DNA of 46,119 nucleotides from Octopus bimaculoides (lineage: Eukaryota). Below the pieces are notes generated by a model. It saw nothing but the letters and a program-made list of their open reading frames with translations. It had not been told where the DNA came from and ran no database searches. The translations under genes and the position numbers were made by a program. The DNA lies in contig NC_068981.1 of NCBI RefSeq assembly GCF_001194135.2, positions 114,169,827 to 114,215,945 on the forward strand, read 5' to 3'. Positions 1-11,254 of the stretch are shown piece by piece. Numbering within the stretch: position 1 is the stretch's first letter; each line of letters opens with the position of its first letter.

Positions 1-59
1 TATATATATATATATATCTGTATGTATGTATATATGTGTATATATATGAAGGACCTCGT

Positions 60-520
60 GTCAGTTTCGACGTATGAGGATACGATCACCTACACTTTCT
101 TTGTCAGTCATAATGCTTATGTCGAATGTAACATTGAATCCTTCCGACGATTTGCCAAGAAACCCGCAGATGTTGCAAATATGAGAATTACGGGTCAACG
201 GTATATTTGTAGCCACTTTTCACCAAAGTCTCTTATACCATTTTGACACAAGATCTCCATTTTGTTCACTCCAAGGCTGTTTGCTCAAAGGTGATGTGAG
301 CTATATTGACTGCTGAGAGGTTACTCTTCAGCTTGTCCTTATAGCGAAGCCATGGTCGACCAACATTCCTGTGTCAACTATCAATCTGGCTGTACGTATG
401 GACTTTTAATATTCTTTCGTCACTCATTCTGACGACATGTCCAGCGCAGCACAATTGGAACTGCATAAGGAACTTTCGATTCCACCAATCTTACACTTGC
501 TAAGCAGGTCGACGATAAAC
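60..520 (-). mobile_element. RTE-clade LINE, decayed 3' part of ORF (RT C-terminal region)
   Basis: Minus strand reads ...ESSLMQFQLCCAGHVVRMSDERILKV...NVGRPWLRYKDKLKSNL, matching the RTE/BovB consensus QLRWAGHVxRMxDxRIPK...GRPxLRYKD. It contains in-frame stops. Confidence 0.8.
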
Positions 521-1185
521 TCTCTGTCTTTTAGTGAATAACCGCATCGTAGTGTTATCAAGTACATGCTGAAAAATAGTTTAGCCTCCAAAGACATTCA
601 TGCTGACATAGTTGCTACATTAGAGGGTGATACTCCAGCTTTATCAACAATGCAAGAGTGTGCACCTGAATGTAGGATATGCAGAGAAAGTCTTGAAGAT
701 GACCCATGGTCTGGAGTCCTACAACTGCTATCACTGAGGAAAATATTGATTGTGTTCACCACATGGTGATGAATGACAAGCTATTGATTATAAATCAAAT
801 TTCCAATGCTATTAGCATATCGGTGCAAGAGCTGAGAATATTCTGCACTATGAACTTGGCATGACGAAGTTTTCTGTTCGGTGTACGCAACGTCTTCTCA
901 CAACTGATCCAAAACACATCAGGCTGATCCCATCACGCGAAAATCTGACATTGGTTGAGGCAGATACAGAGAGTTTCCTTGAACATTTCCTAACCCAGGA
1001 TGGGTTTTGGTTTCCATCATTTTGAGCCATAGACACAAAAGCAACTAATACGATGAAAACATGCCCCTTCATTTGCCCCAACCACGGCCAATCTCATTTC
1101 ATGCGCAGGGAAGGTGATGGCCTCAGTCTTTTGAGAAGCAAAAGACATTGTGTTTATTGACTATTTTCAGAAAAGCCAGACCAAC
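520..1185 (+). mobile_element. mariner transposase remnant (N-terminal HTH to first catalytic Asp region)
   Basis: ORF 566-769 (SKDIHADIVATLEGDTPALSTMQ...RESLEDDPWSG) matches the mariner HTH and RESLEDDPRSGRP motif. Downstream frames give FLTQDG..HHFEP and AGKVMASVF..AKDIVFIDYFQKSQT. Frameshifted and cut by a gap. Confidence 0.85.
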
Positions 1186-1615
1186 AATGTATATACATAT
1201 ATATATGTGTGAGTGTGTGTATATATATATGNNNNNNNNNNNNNNNNNNNNNNNNNNNNNNNNNNNNNNNNNNNNNNNNNNNNNNNNNNNNNNNNNNNNN
1301 NNNNNNNNNNNNNNATATATATATATATATATATAGATGTGTGTGTGTTTGTGTGTATGTAAATATACAGTGTACATATATATATGTGTGAGTGTGTGTA
1401 TATATATATGGTTGAGGAGGGTATTGGATTTAACCAAACCCAAGAGGATACAGGTAATACCGAGTAAGTGCTGTATACCGACTAGTATGCCCCAGTCGTT
1501 GTATGAACAAGATTGGGGATTATAAGTCGCGTATTAGCGTGTGTATATGTAAATATATAAAAATAAAAAGATAAAGAGAGCAATGGTAAGGTTGGTGAAG
1601 TATTTTATGTATAGA

Positions 1616-1664
1616 GTCTTACAGCTGTTTCTGGGAAGATCCAGTACTTCCCTTCATCGGAGAC
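1616..1664 (-). ncRNA. Minimal type I hammerhead ribozyme-like motif (inverted copy)
   Basis: Exact reverse complement of 1965-2013. Confidence 0.7.
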
Positions 1665-1964
1665 AGAAAAAATAAAGTAATCTATTATTATATCCATAGG
1701 CGGATATGTTTAGTATGAAGTGGTAAAGAGTGTGATGCGCTGAAAAACAAGAGAACAGTACTTGAAGTGTAGTTTCATTCCATCTCTCCCTTTATCTCTG
1801 TCCTTGGTTTATCACTCATACCCACACCACCTATATGCTACATACGCGCATTCTTTCCTACTCACTAGACCTGTTCTCTCTTTTTTCAGCGCATCACACT
1901 CTTTACCACTTCATACTAAAAATATCCGCCTATGGATATAATAATAGATTACTTTATTTTTTCT

Positions 1965-2013
1965 GTCTCCGATGAAGGGAAGTACTGGATCTTCCCAGAA
2001 ACAGCTGTAAGAC
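1965..2013 (+). ncRNA. Minimal type I hammerhead ribozyme-like motif
   Basis: GTCT-CCGATGA-a-GGGAAG-tactggat-CTTCCC-a-GAAA-C-AGCT-G-TA-AGAC. Stem I is GUCU/AGAC, the core is CCGAUGA...GAAA, stem II has 6 bp, and the 2-bp stem III has a palindromic AGCU loop before a GUA cleavage triplet. Core variant U4C. Confidence 0.7.
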
Positions 2014-2214
2014 TCTATCCATAAAATACTTCTCCGACCTTACCATTGCTCTCTTTATCTTTTTATTTTTATATATTTACATATATATGTATATGTATAT
2101 ACGTATGTGTATACGTATATATATTAGTTACTATGAAGATATTTAAACCTCTTATAATAAGGATAGTTTTGTCCCAGTTACACTAGTTAAATATATTTTG
2201 AATTATATCCTCAA

Positions 2215-2630
2215 TCTATATATATGTAAAAATGAGAATATCTGTCTGTCTGTGTGTGCGTGTGTGTCTGTGTGATTCCCTAAAACTCGAGAACTACACA
2301 ACCAATTTCCTTCAAATTTTACACATGCCTTATTTAGGGTCCCGGTTATGATTTGGTCAAAAACAATTTTAACTTCTTGCATAGTTCGAGCCCACAGCAA
2401 CATCATATCTCTTCCACTATTTAACTATTACGTGTCAAAAGTGAAACAAAAACACTCATGTCAAATACTTTCACTTTAAAAATGAAACTATTCCACTAAC
2501 TGAAACAATCACATCTCGATACTGTAATGACAGATACTTTCACTTTAATGGTTTCATTTTCATACTGAATCTACTACAGTGAAACTATACTCTCACATAT
2601 ATATAGGCATACATACATATATACATACAT
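2215..2630 (+). mobile_element. Non-autonomous Helitron-like element, 5' part
   Basis: Begins A|TCTATATATATGTAAAAATGAGAATATCTGTCTGTCTG (5' TC after A, then a (GTCT)n tract). Homologous to the copy at 4162-4917. Runs into microsatellite and a gap. Confidence 0.65.
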
Positions 2631-3603
2631 ACATGCATATATATATCTGCACAAATGTATCAATATACATGTATATACATACATGTATATATATAGATAT
2701 ATATAGAGAGAGAGACAGATGTATATGTTTACATGCATACATATNNNNNNNNNNNNNNNNNNNNNNNNNNNNNNNNNNNNNNNNNNNNNNNNNNNNNNNN
2801 NNNNNNNNNNNNNNNNNNNNNNNNNNNNNNNNNNNNNNNNNNNNNNNNNNNNNNNNNNNNNNNNNNNNNNNNNNNNNNNNNNNNNNNNNNNNNNNNNNNN
2901 NNNNNNNNNNNNNNNNNNNNNNNNNNNNNNNNNNNNNNNNNNNNNNNNNNNNNNNNNNNNNNNNNNNNNNNNNNNNNNNNNNNNNNNNNNNNNNNNNNNN
3001 NNNNNNNNNNNNNNNNNNNNNNNNNNNNNNNNNNNNNNNNNNNNNNNNNNNNNNNNNNNNNNNNNNNNNNNNNNNNNNNNNNNNNNNNNNNNNNNNNNNN
3101 NNNNNNNNNNNNNNNNNNNNNNNNNNNNNNNNNNNNNNNNNNNNNNNNNNNNNNNNNATAAAGTAATATTTCTAAAATTTCTTCTTAGAAGTTACAAAGA
3201 CCCCTTCATGGGGACTTCACACCCACAATTTAGTCATTTTTTTTTTCAAGCAAAGACGAATACAGTTGTACTATTGGAAGCTATAGGGTCACCCGAACAT
3301 AACAGATGAGCATTATTTGTAATTCAACGGTACAACAGTGTAAGACTATCCTTTCAGATATACTTACATTGTGATTTCTGCAATGTGGTGCATAAATTGT
3401 CAAGTAAATGAGACGCATCTTTGCCGCCACTGATTTACTTGCAAAGTGTTGAGTAAAATTATTTCGTTGCAGACCTCTTTGAGTATTTTTATTATCACTG
3501 CGACACATATAGTCCCCAGTTGGTAACATTTATTTCAAGGCCTTCCCGGATGAGTAACTGGTTGTTCTAAGACATTTATTGATTGTATATTTTTTCTGTA
3601 GTT

Positions 3604-3665
3604 ACCTATCGGCATAGTGGTCATTTGAAACTCTGGAGTTTCAAATGACCACTATGCCGATAGGT
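3604..3665. repeat. Perfect palindrome with 30-bp arms and a 2-nt loop
   Basis: acctatcggcatagtggtcatttgaaactc-tg-gagtttcaaatgaccactatgccgataggt. Confidence 0.95.
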
Positions 3666-3949
3666 GACACTTTCATTTCCCTTTACTCCAAACGTCACAC
3701 GTTGATATTTCAATTGGGTCATGCCCTTCCAATTGCTATAGATCCGTAATGCATCTTACAGCTGTGCCTATCGCCTGTATGGTGAGGAATCCTACATTGG
3801 GGAGTAGTAACGACTAGGCTAGGGTAGCTGACTGATTATCGTGATCATTCGTCTTTTGGTTTCCTGTAACTTTACTCTCTTTTACAAACCCAGTGAACAT
3901 ACATATATTTCCTATGTCAAAGAAATTCAAACAATACATATTTCACACA

Positions 3950-4039
3950 AGTTAAAAAGATTCCCAACAATTCAACTTCTCTGGTTGACATTAACACCCC
4001 CACCCCCAATAGGGGCCTTAACTCCCACATTTTTCAGCT
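3950..4039 (+). mobile_element. Internal fragment of the same Helitron-like family
   Basis: caagttaaaaa(g/c)attcccaacaattcaacttctctggttgacattaacac...ccccaataggggcctt is shared with 4561-4650. Confidence 0.7.
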
Positions 4040-4161
4040 NNNNNNNNNNNNNNNNNNNNNNNNNNNNNNNNNNNNNNNNNNNNNNNNNNNNNNNNNNNNN
4101 NNNNNNNNNNNNNNNNNNNNNNNNNNNNNNNNNNNNNNNNNNNGGAATGTTCGCATAAATA

Positions 4162-4917
4162 TCTGATATATAAAGATGAGAATGTGTGTTTGTATGAATC
4201 TCTAAAACTCGAGAACTACACAACCAATTTCATTCCAAGTTAACATATGCCTTACTTAGGGTCCATGTAGTGTCTTTGGAGAAAAACATTTTTAACTTCT
4301 TGCATAGTTCGAGCCCACAGAAATATCATATCTCCTCCACTATTTCAGTATTACGTGTCAAAAGTGAAACAATAACATCACTGTACTGTAATGTCAGATA
4401 CTTACACTTTAACACTGAAACTATTCCACTATTTCAGTATTACCTGTCTAAAGCGAAACAATAACATGTCGCTATTGTAATTTCAAATACTTTCAATTTC
4501 AGACTCAAACTATTAAAGTGAGGCTGTACTCTCACATATATACAGGCATACTATAAGACTCAAGTTAAAAACATTCCCAACAATTCAACTTCTCTGGTTG
4601 ACATTAACACACCTATCCCCAATAGGGGCCTTCGTTCCCACATTTTAGCGCTCCATGAGCTCCATTTTTCAGGAGCAAAATCCTTTTTACAGGTTCCAGA
4701 AGACTGAAATTTTGGAATATGCGCATAAAGATCAATAGTATGGGATACATGTCTCATGATTAGATTTTTTTAGGGAGTGTAAAGAGGGAAAGAACCCTCA
4801 TGTGCAATTTTTTTCAAATTCGAATCATATGTATTCCAGTTCCTTACAGAAAATATAACAGAAAAGTCTCATTCTTCAATAGCATTTAACACGGGCAACA
4901 CCGGGTATCTCTGCTAG
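4162..4917 (+). mobile_element. Non-autonomous Helitron-like element, apparently complete
   Basis: 5' A|TC at 4161/4162. The 3' end has a degenerate GC-rich hairpin (acgggcaacaccgggt) followed by CTAG|T at 4914-4918, the Helitron terminal signature. Confidence 0.75.
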
Positions 4918-5109
4918 TTAATAAAAGATTAGATATTTTTTTATAACAATCAAAATTTGAGTAATAAAGATGTTAATATATTTTCTAATAATAGGAAGGA
5001 AACAACCCATATTGACTCCCTTTCTAACCTAAGGAGTATGAATAATAAAAATAAAAATAATAGAAATTATAAACGTAAGAGTTACATAAACAATGATGTA
5101 AATAAAATT

Positions 5110-5510
5110 GTGATTGTATGATTAGGGGAAGTTGTAAACGTAATAAAAATTGTAAAAAAATTACTCTAGTATATAGGTGCATGGTTGAATCTGAAGAGAA
5201 AAGAACACCGTTATATAGGTTCAACCGAAACAATTTAAACGTCGAATTGCGAACCATGAGACTTATTTTAGGAATAAGCATAAAATTAACAATACTAGTT
5301 TCAGCAAATTTATATGGATGTCAAAATATAATGGGAAAAATATAAAATTAAATGGGAAATTATAAACCATACCAGAGCTTATAGAATTTAGGATAAGAAA
5401 TGCCGTTTGTGTACAGAAGAAAATTTTCAGATATTAACATCTAAATGCAATTTGATTAACTCGAGAAAAGAGAATATTTCAGCTTGTTGTCATTTCTCTA
5501 ATTATGTTTT
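5110..5510 (+). mobile_element. Penelope-like element, GIY-YIG endonuclease remnant
   Basis: Joined across frameshifts: GSCKRNKNCKKITLVYRCMV...HRYIGSTET/QFKRRIANHETYFRNKHKINNTSFSKFIW...KCRLCTEENFQIL. This matches the PLE pattern VY...YIGxTE.FKxRxxNH...TSLSKYIW...CxLCxEEK. Confidence 0.8.
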
Positions 5511-6267
5511 TAGAAAATTTAATTAAAAAGATAAAACTGAACGTTAAAAATATGAGCATAAGATATTAAGTGTAACTTGATTTATAAATCAAACATAAGA
5601 TATAAAGAATATAAATATGAATAATAATATATACTATACATTATATAATATGATACTTAACTGTCCATTTATTAATAATATTGAGTATTAATCTTTATTA
5701 ATTAATCAGATAATACATCTTATTTTAGATGGCAATATTGTAAATCCATCGATAGCTCTAATTTTGATGACGAGTACACTTAATATATATATGTACTAAT
5801 TTCAAATGCGTATAACATAAGTACGTATATGTATTCTCACACACACTTAAATGAATATATAATGGTATATAAAATAGATTTCCAATCAATAACTATAAAA
5901 GTTAACTCTTCCTTAGATCAATATACGCATATAAATATAATTATTAATATACTCTAATACAATATAACGATAAGCGTTTTCATTTTTATTATTTTATTTT
6001 CATTTTATTATTATTTTTATCTTCACTTTATTTTTATTTTCAAATAATAACATACACGAAAGTGCAAATGTAATTACTTTACTAATTATCTTACGGTTTC
6101 ATATAATAATTACGATTGACTTTTATGATTGACTTTTTCATACAAACATANNNNNNNNNNTATATATATATAAACAAGCAGATTTGATTTGATAACACGT
6201 TACTAACATTCATACACACTGACGTACACACAAGTCAAATTAGGCAGTAGATAACTATGTACGCGCG

Positions 6268-6305
<38 letters not shown>

Positions 6306-6675
6306 GATAAACTGAAGTAAAAGACGGACATCCAAACGCATATATAAATAATGATTTGATTCGATAACATCCTAACACACATACACGCATACGCACACAT
6401 CAATTAACTTAGGCGGTAAGCATCCGTATATACACAGAGGAGCACACACATATACACATGAACATACACTCACTCACACACACACACACACACTAAAATA
6501 GACCATAGAATCCATGTTTTGTAAAATTTTAATCTTAATTTTATTGATTTATTATTATTTTATTATTTTCAATATTCATTTTTAATCTTTATTTTTATTC
6601 TTTATTTTTATTTCTATTCTTATGCACTTCATTATTATTATGCTTCCAGTAGAAAGGATTATTATTATTATTATT

Positions 6676-8233
6676 GTATGTTTGACTTTAGCTTTGCATT
6701 TGTATGATTTGGTTCCAAGTTTCACCCAGAGAACTCAAGAGACAAACAAGTTAGGATTTCATGTTTGTGTTATGCCTAGGGTGTCATATATTTGGTTTTG
6801 CACATAGTATTGTTCTAGAGAATGTTTAAGAAAATATAAGAAAATTATGAGTTTGTTTTAAAATTTGAGATTACATAGTATGTTATGTAGGATATGGGCA
6901 GTTCCCATGAGCACTATCTTTTGAATTTCTGCCATTTTGGGGTTTCCTGGTATATGAGCTAGGTAGCAATCAGCCCCTTTTGCTATCATCCCTAGTGCAC
7001 CTAGGACAACAGGGATTGTTTTAGTCTTCAGGTTCTACATTTTGCCAATTTCTATTTCAATATCTTTATACTTGCTCAATTTTTGGTAGATCTTGATAAA
7101 TACATTTATATCGATTGGGACGGTCATATCAATGAGGAGGCATGATTTTTGTCTGAAGTCTTTCAATATGTCTGTTCTATTCGCATCTATCTTTCTCTCA
7201 GTTTGAACGGTAAGGTTCCAGAGTAGTGAGATGTGATAATTTTCAAGTACTGGAGGTGGTTTGTATTCCCACCAGTTTTAATCATGAGGCAAGTCCAGGT
7301 TTTTGCAAATTACCCAGTTAATATATTGTGCTAGCCTATCATGCCTGTTGAGATACTCTGTAGTCGCAAGAAAACTGCACATAGAGACAACATGATCAAT
7401 GGTTTCATTTTGCTATTGACATTCACGACATGTTGGGCAGCTGCCGTTCTTTAATATATTGGCCTAGTAGTTTCTTGTCGGTAGGAATTGATCTTGGACT
7501 GTTATGAGAAACCCTTCTGTTTCTGATTTTAAGCCAGAAGCCACTAACCATTGATGGGTAACGGCTTTGTCAACATCGGTACTATTAGATCTCTTTAAGT
7601 ATTTGCCATTGATAGGTTTTATCAGTAATAATATCTAAGGCAGCAGTTTTAGCACGGATTTTCATACGCTTAGCTTTTCTGTGCTTTTTTCCAGTACGTC
7701 TAAATCTGGAATTTGTTGTATTTGGAATTCACATAGATATTCGTTTGCCTGTTTTGTTACTTAGTATGATGCTTTCTTGTTTTCATGCTTTGAGACAAGT
7801 TTCAACATCCAGTCTTCAGAATTTTTCAGGTAGGTGTCTAGACCAATTGTGGCAATCTTTATAGTTAATTCCAGTTGTAAAAGTCTACGGCTACCCTCTT
7901 TCTTGGCAGATAAAGTCGTTCTATATCTGCCTTAATGTAGTTCATTCTATGCATTGTCAACAATTTTCGTATTTTTCTGTGAAGATTACATATTTCAGTA
8001 ATTGACCAGTTAACGGTATTGAAACCGTAAGTTACGACTGGTATGGCTAAAGTATTGATCGCTTCGATCCTGTTTCTTGCATTCAGCTCTGTCTTGAGTA
8101 TTGCCCTTACCCAGCGATTACATTCTCTTCTGATCCTTTCCCTCATCATTGAATGTTTGACTCCGTCCCCTTAAAATACTCTAGGTATTTGTAGCTCTCC
8201 GCTGGTTCTAATTCCTTTATCACATTCTGCTGG
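6676..8233 (-). mobile_element. RLE-type (R4/Dong-like) non-LTR retrotransposon, 5'-truncated, flanked by (ATT)n on both sides
   Basis: ORF 7865-8149 (ILKTELNARNRIEAINTLAIPVVTYGF...ADIERLYLPRK), followed by a CCHC knuckle (CPTCRECQ..IETIDHVVS) and an NRPDI-type RLE region. The 3' end abuts (AAT)n. Confidence 0.85.
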
Positions 8234-8250
8234 TTATTATTATTATTATT

Positions 8251-8308
8251 TTATGTTTGACTTTTGTTTTGCATTTGTACAAGTTGGATCCAAGTCTCAC
8301 CCAGAGAC
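8251..8308 (-). mobile_element. Short 3'-end fragment of the same R4/Dong-like LINE between two (ATT)n tracts
   Basis: tatgtttgactttt..tttgcatttgta....ggatccaagtctcacccagaga resembles 6677-6731. Confidence 0.7.
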
Positions 8309-8339
8309 TATTATTATTATTATTATTATTGTTATTTAC

Positions 8340-11050
8340 TTTTAATCTACATGTTTGTTACAATCACTCACCGAGACACATCCAACTTCCTAGGGCGAGT
8401 GAAGGATAGATGTTACAGTATGACTGAAAGTTTAGGGGAGTGGCAGGTGCAGTAACGAAATATCTTCATGTAATACAACACATACATTTAAATTGATTGG
8501 ATTTTTCTAAAGATGTGGGCAGTACTTATCAGCAAAATCTTTTGGATTTCTCTGAGACATGTTTATCTTGGGATATTATCTAGATGTTTCTGGCATCCCT
8601 TTCGTAACATACCTAAGGCACCTACAATAACAGGAACAGTTCCCGCTTTAAGATGCTACATCTTTTGTATTTCAATTTCCAGGGCCTTATATTTATTTCA
8701 TTTGTCAAATTCCTTTACAGATATATCTTTATCAGTGAGAACACTTACATCTATTAGTCTAAAAGTATTTTTCGTCTGTGTCTTTCATGACTATGTCTGC
8801 TCGATTAGCTTGGATAGTTCTGTCGGTGCTGGCTGGAAAATCCCAGAGGACAGTGACATTTTTACCTTCAACGACTGGCTCAGGATGATGCTCATACCAG
8901 TAAGTAGGAATGCTGATTTCGTAGTATTTACATATTTTCCAATGTAAATACTGTCCTAAAATATCGTGGTGATCTTTCTATTCCTTTGGTGTCAGCACAG
9001 GACATTCCGAGATGAGATAGTCAATTGTTTCAAAAAATGTATCGCAGATTCTGCATTTAGTGTCAGAACCGTTTTGATGAAAGTTAGCCTGGTAGTTTTT
9101 GATAAGTAAGCTTTGATCTTGTGCAAACAATATGTAACTTTCAGTCTCTGCTTTCAATTCTGAACTCCTCAACCACTGCTGGGCTGTTGCTTTGTCTACA
9201 TCAGCATTTCGGCATCGAAGATTATACTGTCCATGCAGAGGTTTCTGGCTCTACTACTCCTGAATTTGTTTCGGCTCATTCTATTTTTACATTCTGTTCG
9301 ATCTGTTTTGCTCTTTCTCGTGGCAGTGGTTCCAGGTTCTTCATCGAATTCAGAGGTAATGCCAATTTCCTTGCGAATTTACAAGCTTTCTTAACAATAG
9401 AATGTGATTTTTTGCTACTTTTGTGTTTGCACACAAGCCGCGGCATCCAGTCTTCTGTACTAGATAGGTACTAGTTCATTGCTATTGTCGGGGCCTTACA
9501 GCACAGTCCTACATGCATCATTCCTCCTCCCCCATTACGTCTAGGTAGGTACAGACGATCAACGTCTGCTTTTAGGTTGTGCATGTTCTTAGATGTTAGT
9601 AGTTTTCTTGTCTTCCTGTCCATGCGTTGAAGCTGTGTAATATTCCAGTTAATGATGTTAAAACTGTATAGTACTACTGGAAGTGCTAGGGTGTTAATGG
9701 CTTCGATGCAATTTTTGGTGTTGAGTTCAATTTACTTCATAGTAGCATGTTGTATGCTATCGTCTTCGTTTATCCCCAGGTGTTTATAACTTTCTTGTGG
9801 ATCAAACGTCTTGATAGTAGTGTCGCTATCTAATTTAATGGAAGCTGTTTGCTTGAGCATGCCTCTTTAAAAAGTTGCTTTAGCACACTTATCAAGGCCA
9901 AAATCTATCCCGATCTCATTGCTGAACTCTTTAACACTTGTTAGCAGCCCTTCTAGCTCTTCGTCATTTCTAGCAAACAGCTTCAGATCATCCATATAAT
10001 AGAGATGATTTACTGTAATATTACACATTTTAAACTCATACCTCGTATTGCTCAGTTCGTTTGAGAGTGGGATCAGTACCATGCAAAAGTAACGGTGAGA
10101 GGGAGTCATCTAGAAAGATGCTTCGTTTCATGTTGGTGTTGTTAGATTGGCTCATCCAATTACTATGGTGTAGAAGGAGACGTGTATTCTACTTGGTCAT
10201 GCTACATTGTAAGAATTTGGAGACAACAGGAGAGATCCTATATGTCTCAAGGGCCTCGAGTATCCAATTATGTGGGAGACTATCAAACACTTTCCTGTAG
10301 TCTATCCATGTCACACTCAGGTTCTTCTTTTTGCTCCGGCAATTCTCTACAATCATTTTATTTATAAGTAATAGATCTTTGCATCCATAAGAATTCCTTT
10401 TACAACCTTTTTGAGCTTGTGGAAGGATAGAGTCCTGTTCCAGGAAAGTGTATATCCTTTCAGTATGGATGTGAGGATCTTGTAGGTGGTATTGAGAGAT
10501 ATTGTTAGTCGGCAGTTCTTTGAATTTTCCGTTTCATCAATTCTTGGTAGAAGGTATGTTGTTCCTTCGGTCAGCCAGGTAGGTATTTGCTCTGGATTCT
10601 GGATAACATCAGTTAAGGATGCAGCTAAAATTTTGGTGTACTTCTGCGAAACAGTTTAGCCAGAAGCTAAGGATCTGGTCCAGTCCTGGAGTTCTGCATT
10701 TGTGAGACTTTCTAAGAATATATCTTAGCTCTTCTACTCCTATTGCCTCCCATTTCTACTCTCCAACTTCATCCAGTTTCACTTTCTCACGTTCTATCCA
10801 GTGAGCTTCAGCATTATATTCTTTTTTGTTGCTCTATATCTTCTTCCCGAACTCTTCCATTTCCTCAGTCTCAGGTGGCTCCTTTACTTGCTTTTGTAAG
10901 TTTCTCCATAAAATGTTTTGGCATCCGTCTTGAATACATTTTGTTGATAAAATTTAAAGCTTTTGTCAAACTTTTGAGCCGTTCGTATTTCAGTTGTATT
11001 CGTTTTTTCACGAATTTATTTGGGTTCAGTCTCACTGCGTGGCACCTTGA
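8340..11050 (-). mobile_element. RLE-type (R4/Dong-like) LINE, about 2.7 kb, decayed
   Basis: RT motif VNHLYYMDDLKLFARNDEELEGLL...IGIDFGLDKCAKATF (9867-10109) and ETESYILFAQDQSL...KCRICDTFFETIDYLISECPVL (8978-9172). The RLE region lies near 8500-8900, and the 3' tail runs into (AAT)n at 8309-8332. Confidence 0.9.
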
Positions 11051-11119
11051 CTGGATTACGCAGTAGCTGATCTACGTTACCGATCGCGGTAACATGCCGG
11101 ACAGATCTTCTTGGAGACG

Positions 11120-11205
11120 TGGCATCTTGAGCAAGTGTCTTCTACTATAGCTTCGGGCCGACCAAAGCCTTGTGACTGGATTTGGAAACTGAAAGAAGCC
11201 CGTAC
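11120..11205 (+). mobile_element. SINE fragment (3' part of the family at 21055-21221)
   Basis: tctactatagcttcgggccgaccaaagccttgtgactggatttggaaactgaaagaagcccgta is the reverse complement of the 21055-21125 sequence. Confidence 0.7.
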
Positions 11206-11254
11206 TATATATGTATATGTGTGTGTATGTGTGTGGGGTGGGGGTGGTGTGTTC

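Larger units (their letters stand above)
1544..2085. repeat. Long inverted repeat (215-bp arms at 1544-1758 and 1871-2085, 112-bp spacer), probably a Penelope-derived inverted pseudo-LTR
   Basis: The reverse complement of the left arm matches the right arm with about 6 mismatches by manual alignment. Each arm carries a hammerhead-like motif, as reported for Penelope pLTRs. Confidence 0.9.

Noticed and set aside
2579-3309. Long ORFs in the track (also 14666-15616, 41360-42181, 41422-42030)
   Set aside because: They consist of N-gap (X) residues and microsatellite translation.
4920-6150. Very AT-rich stretch first suspected to be a mitochondrial insertion (NUMT)
   Set aside because: No frame under the invertebrate mitochondrial code resembled a mitochondrial protein, and 5110-5510 is better explained as a Penelope GIY-YIG remnant.
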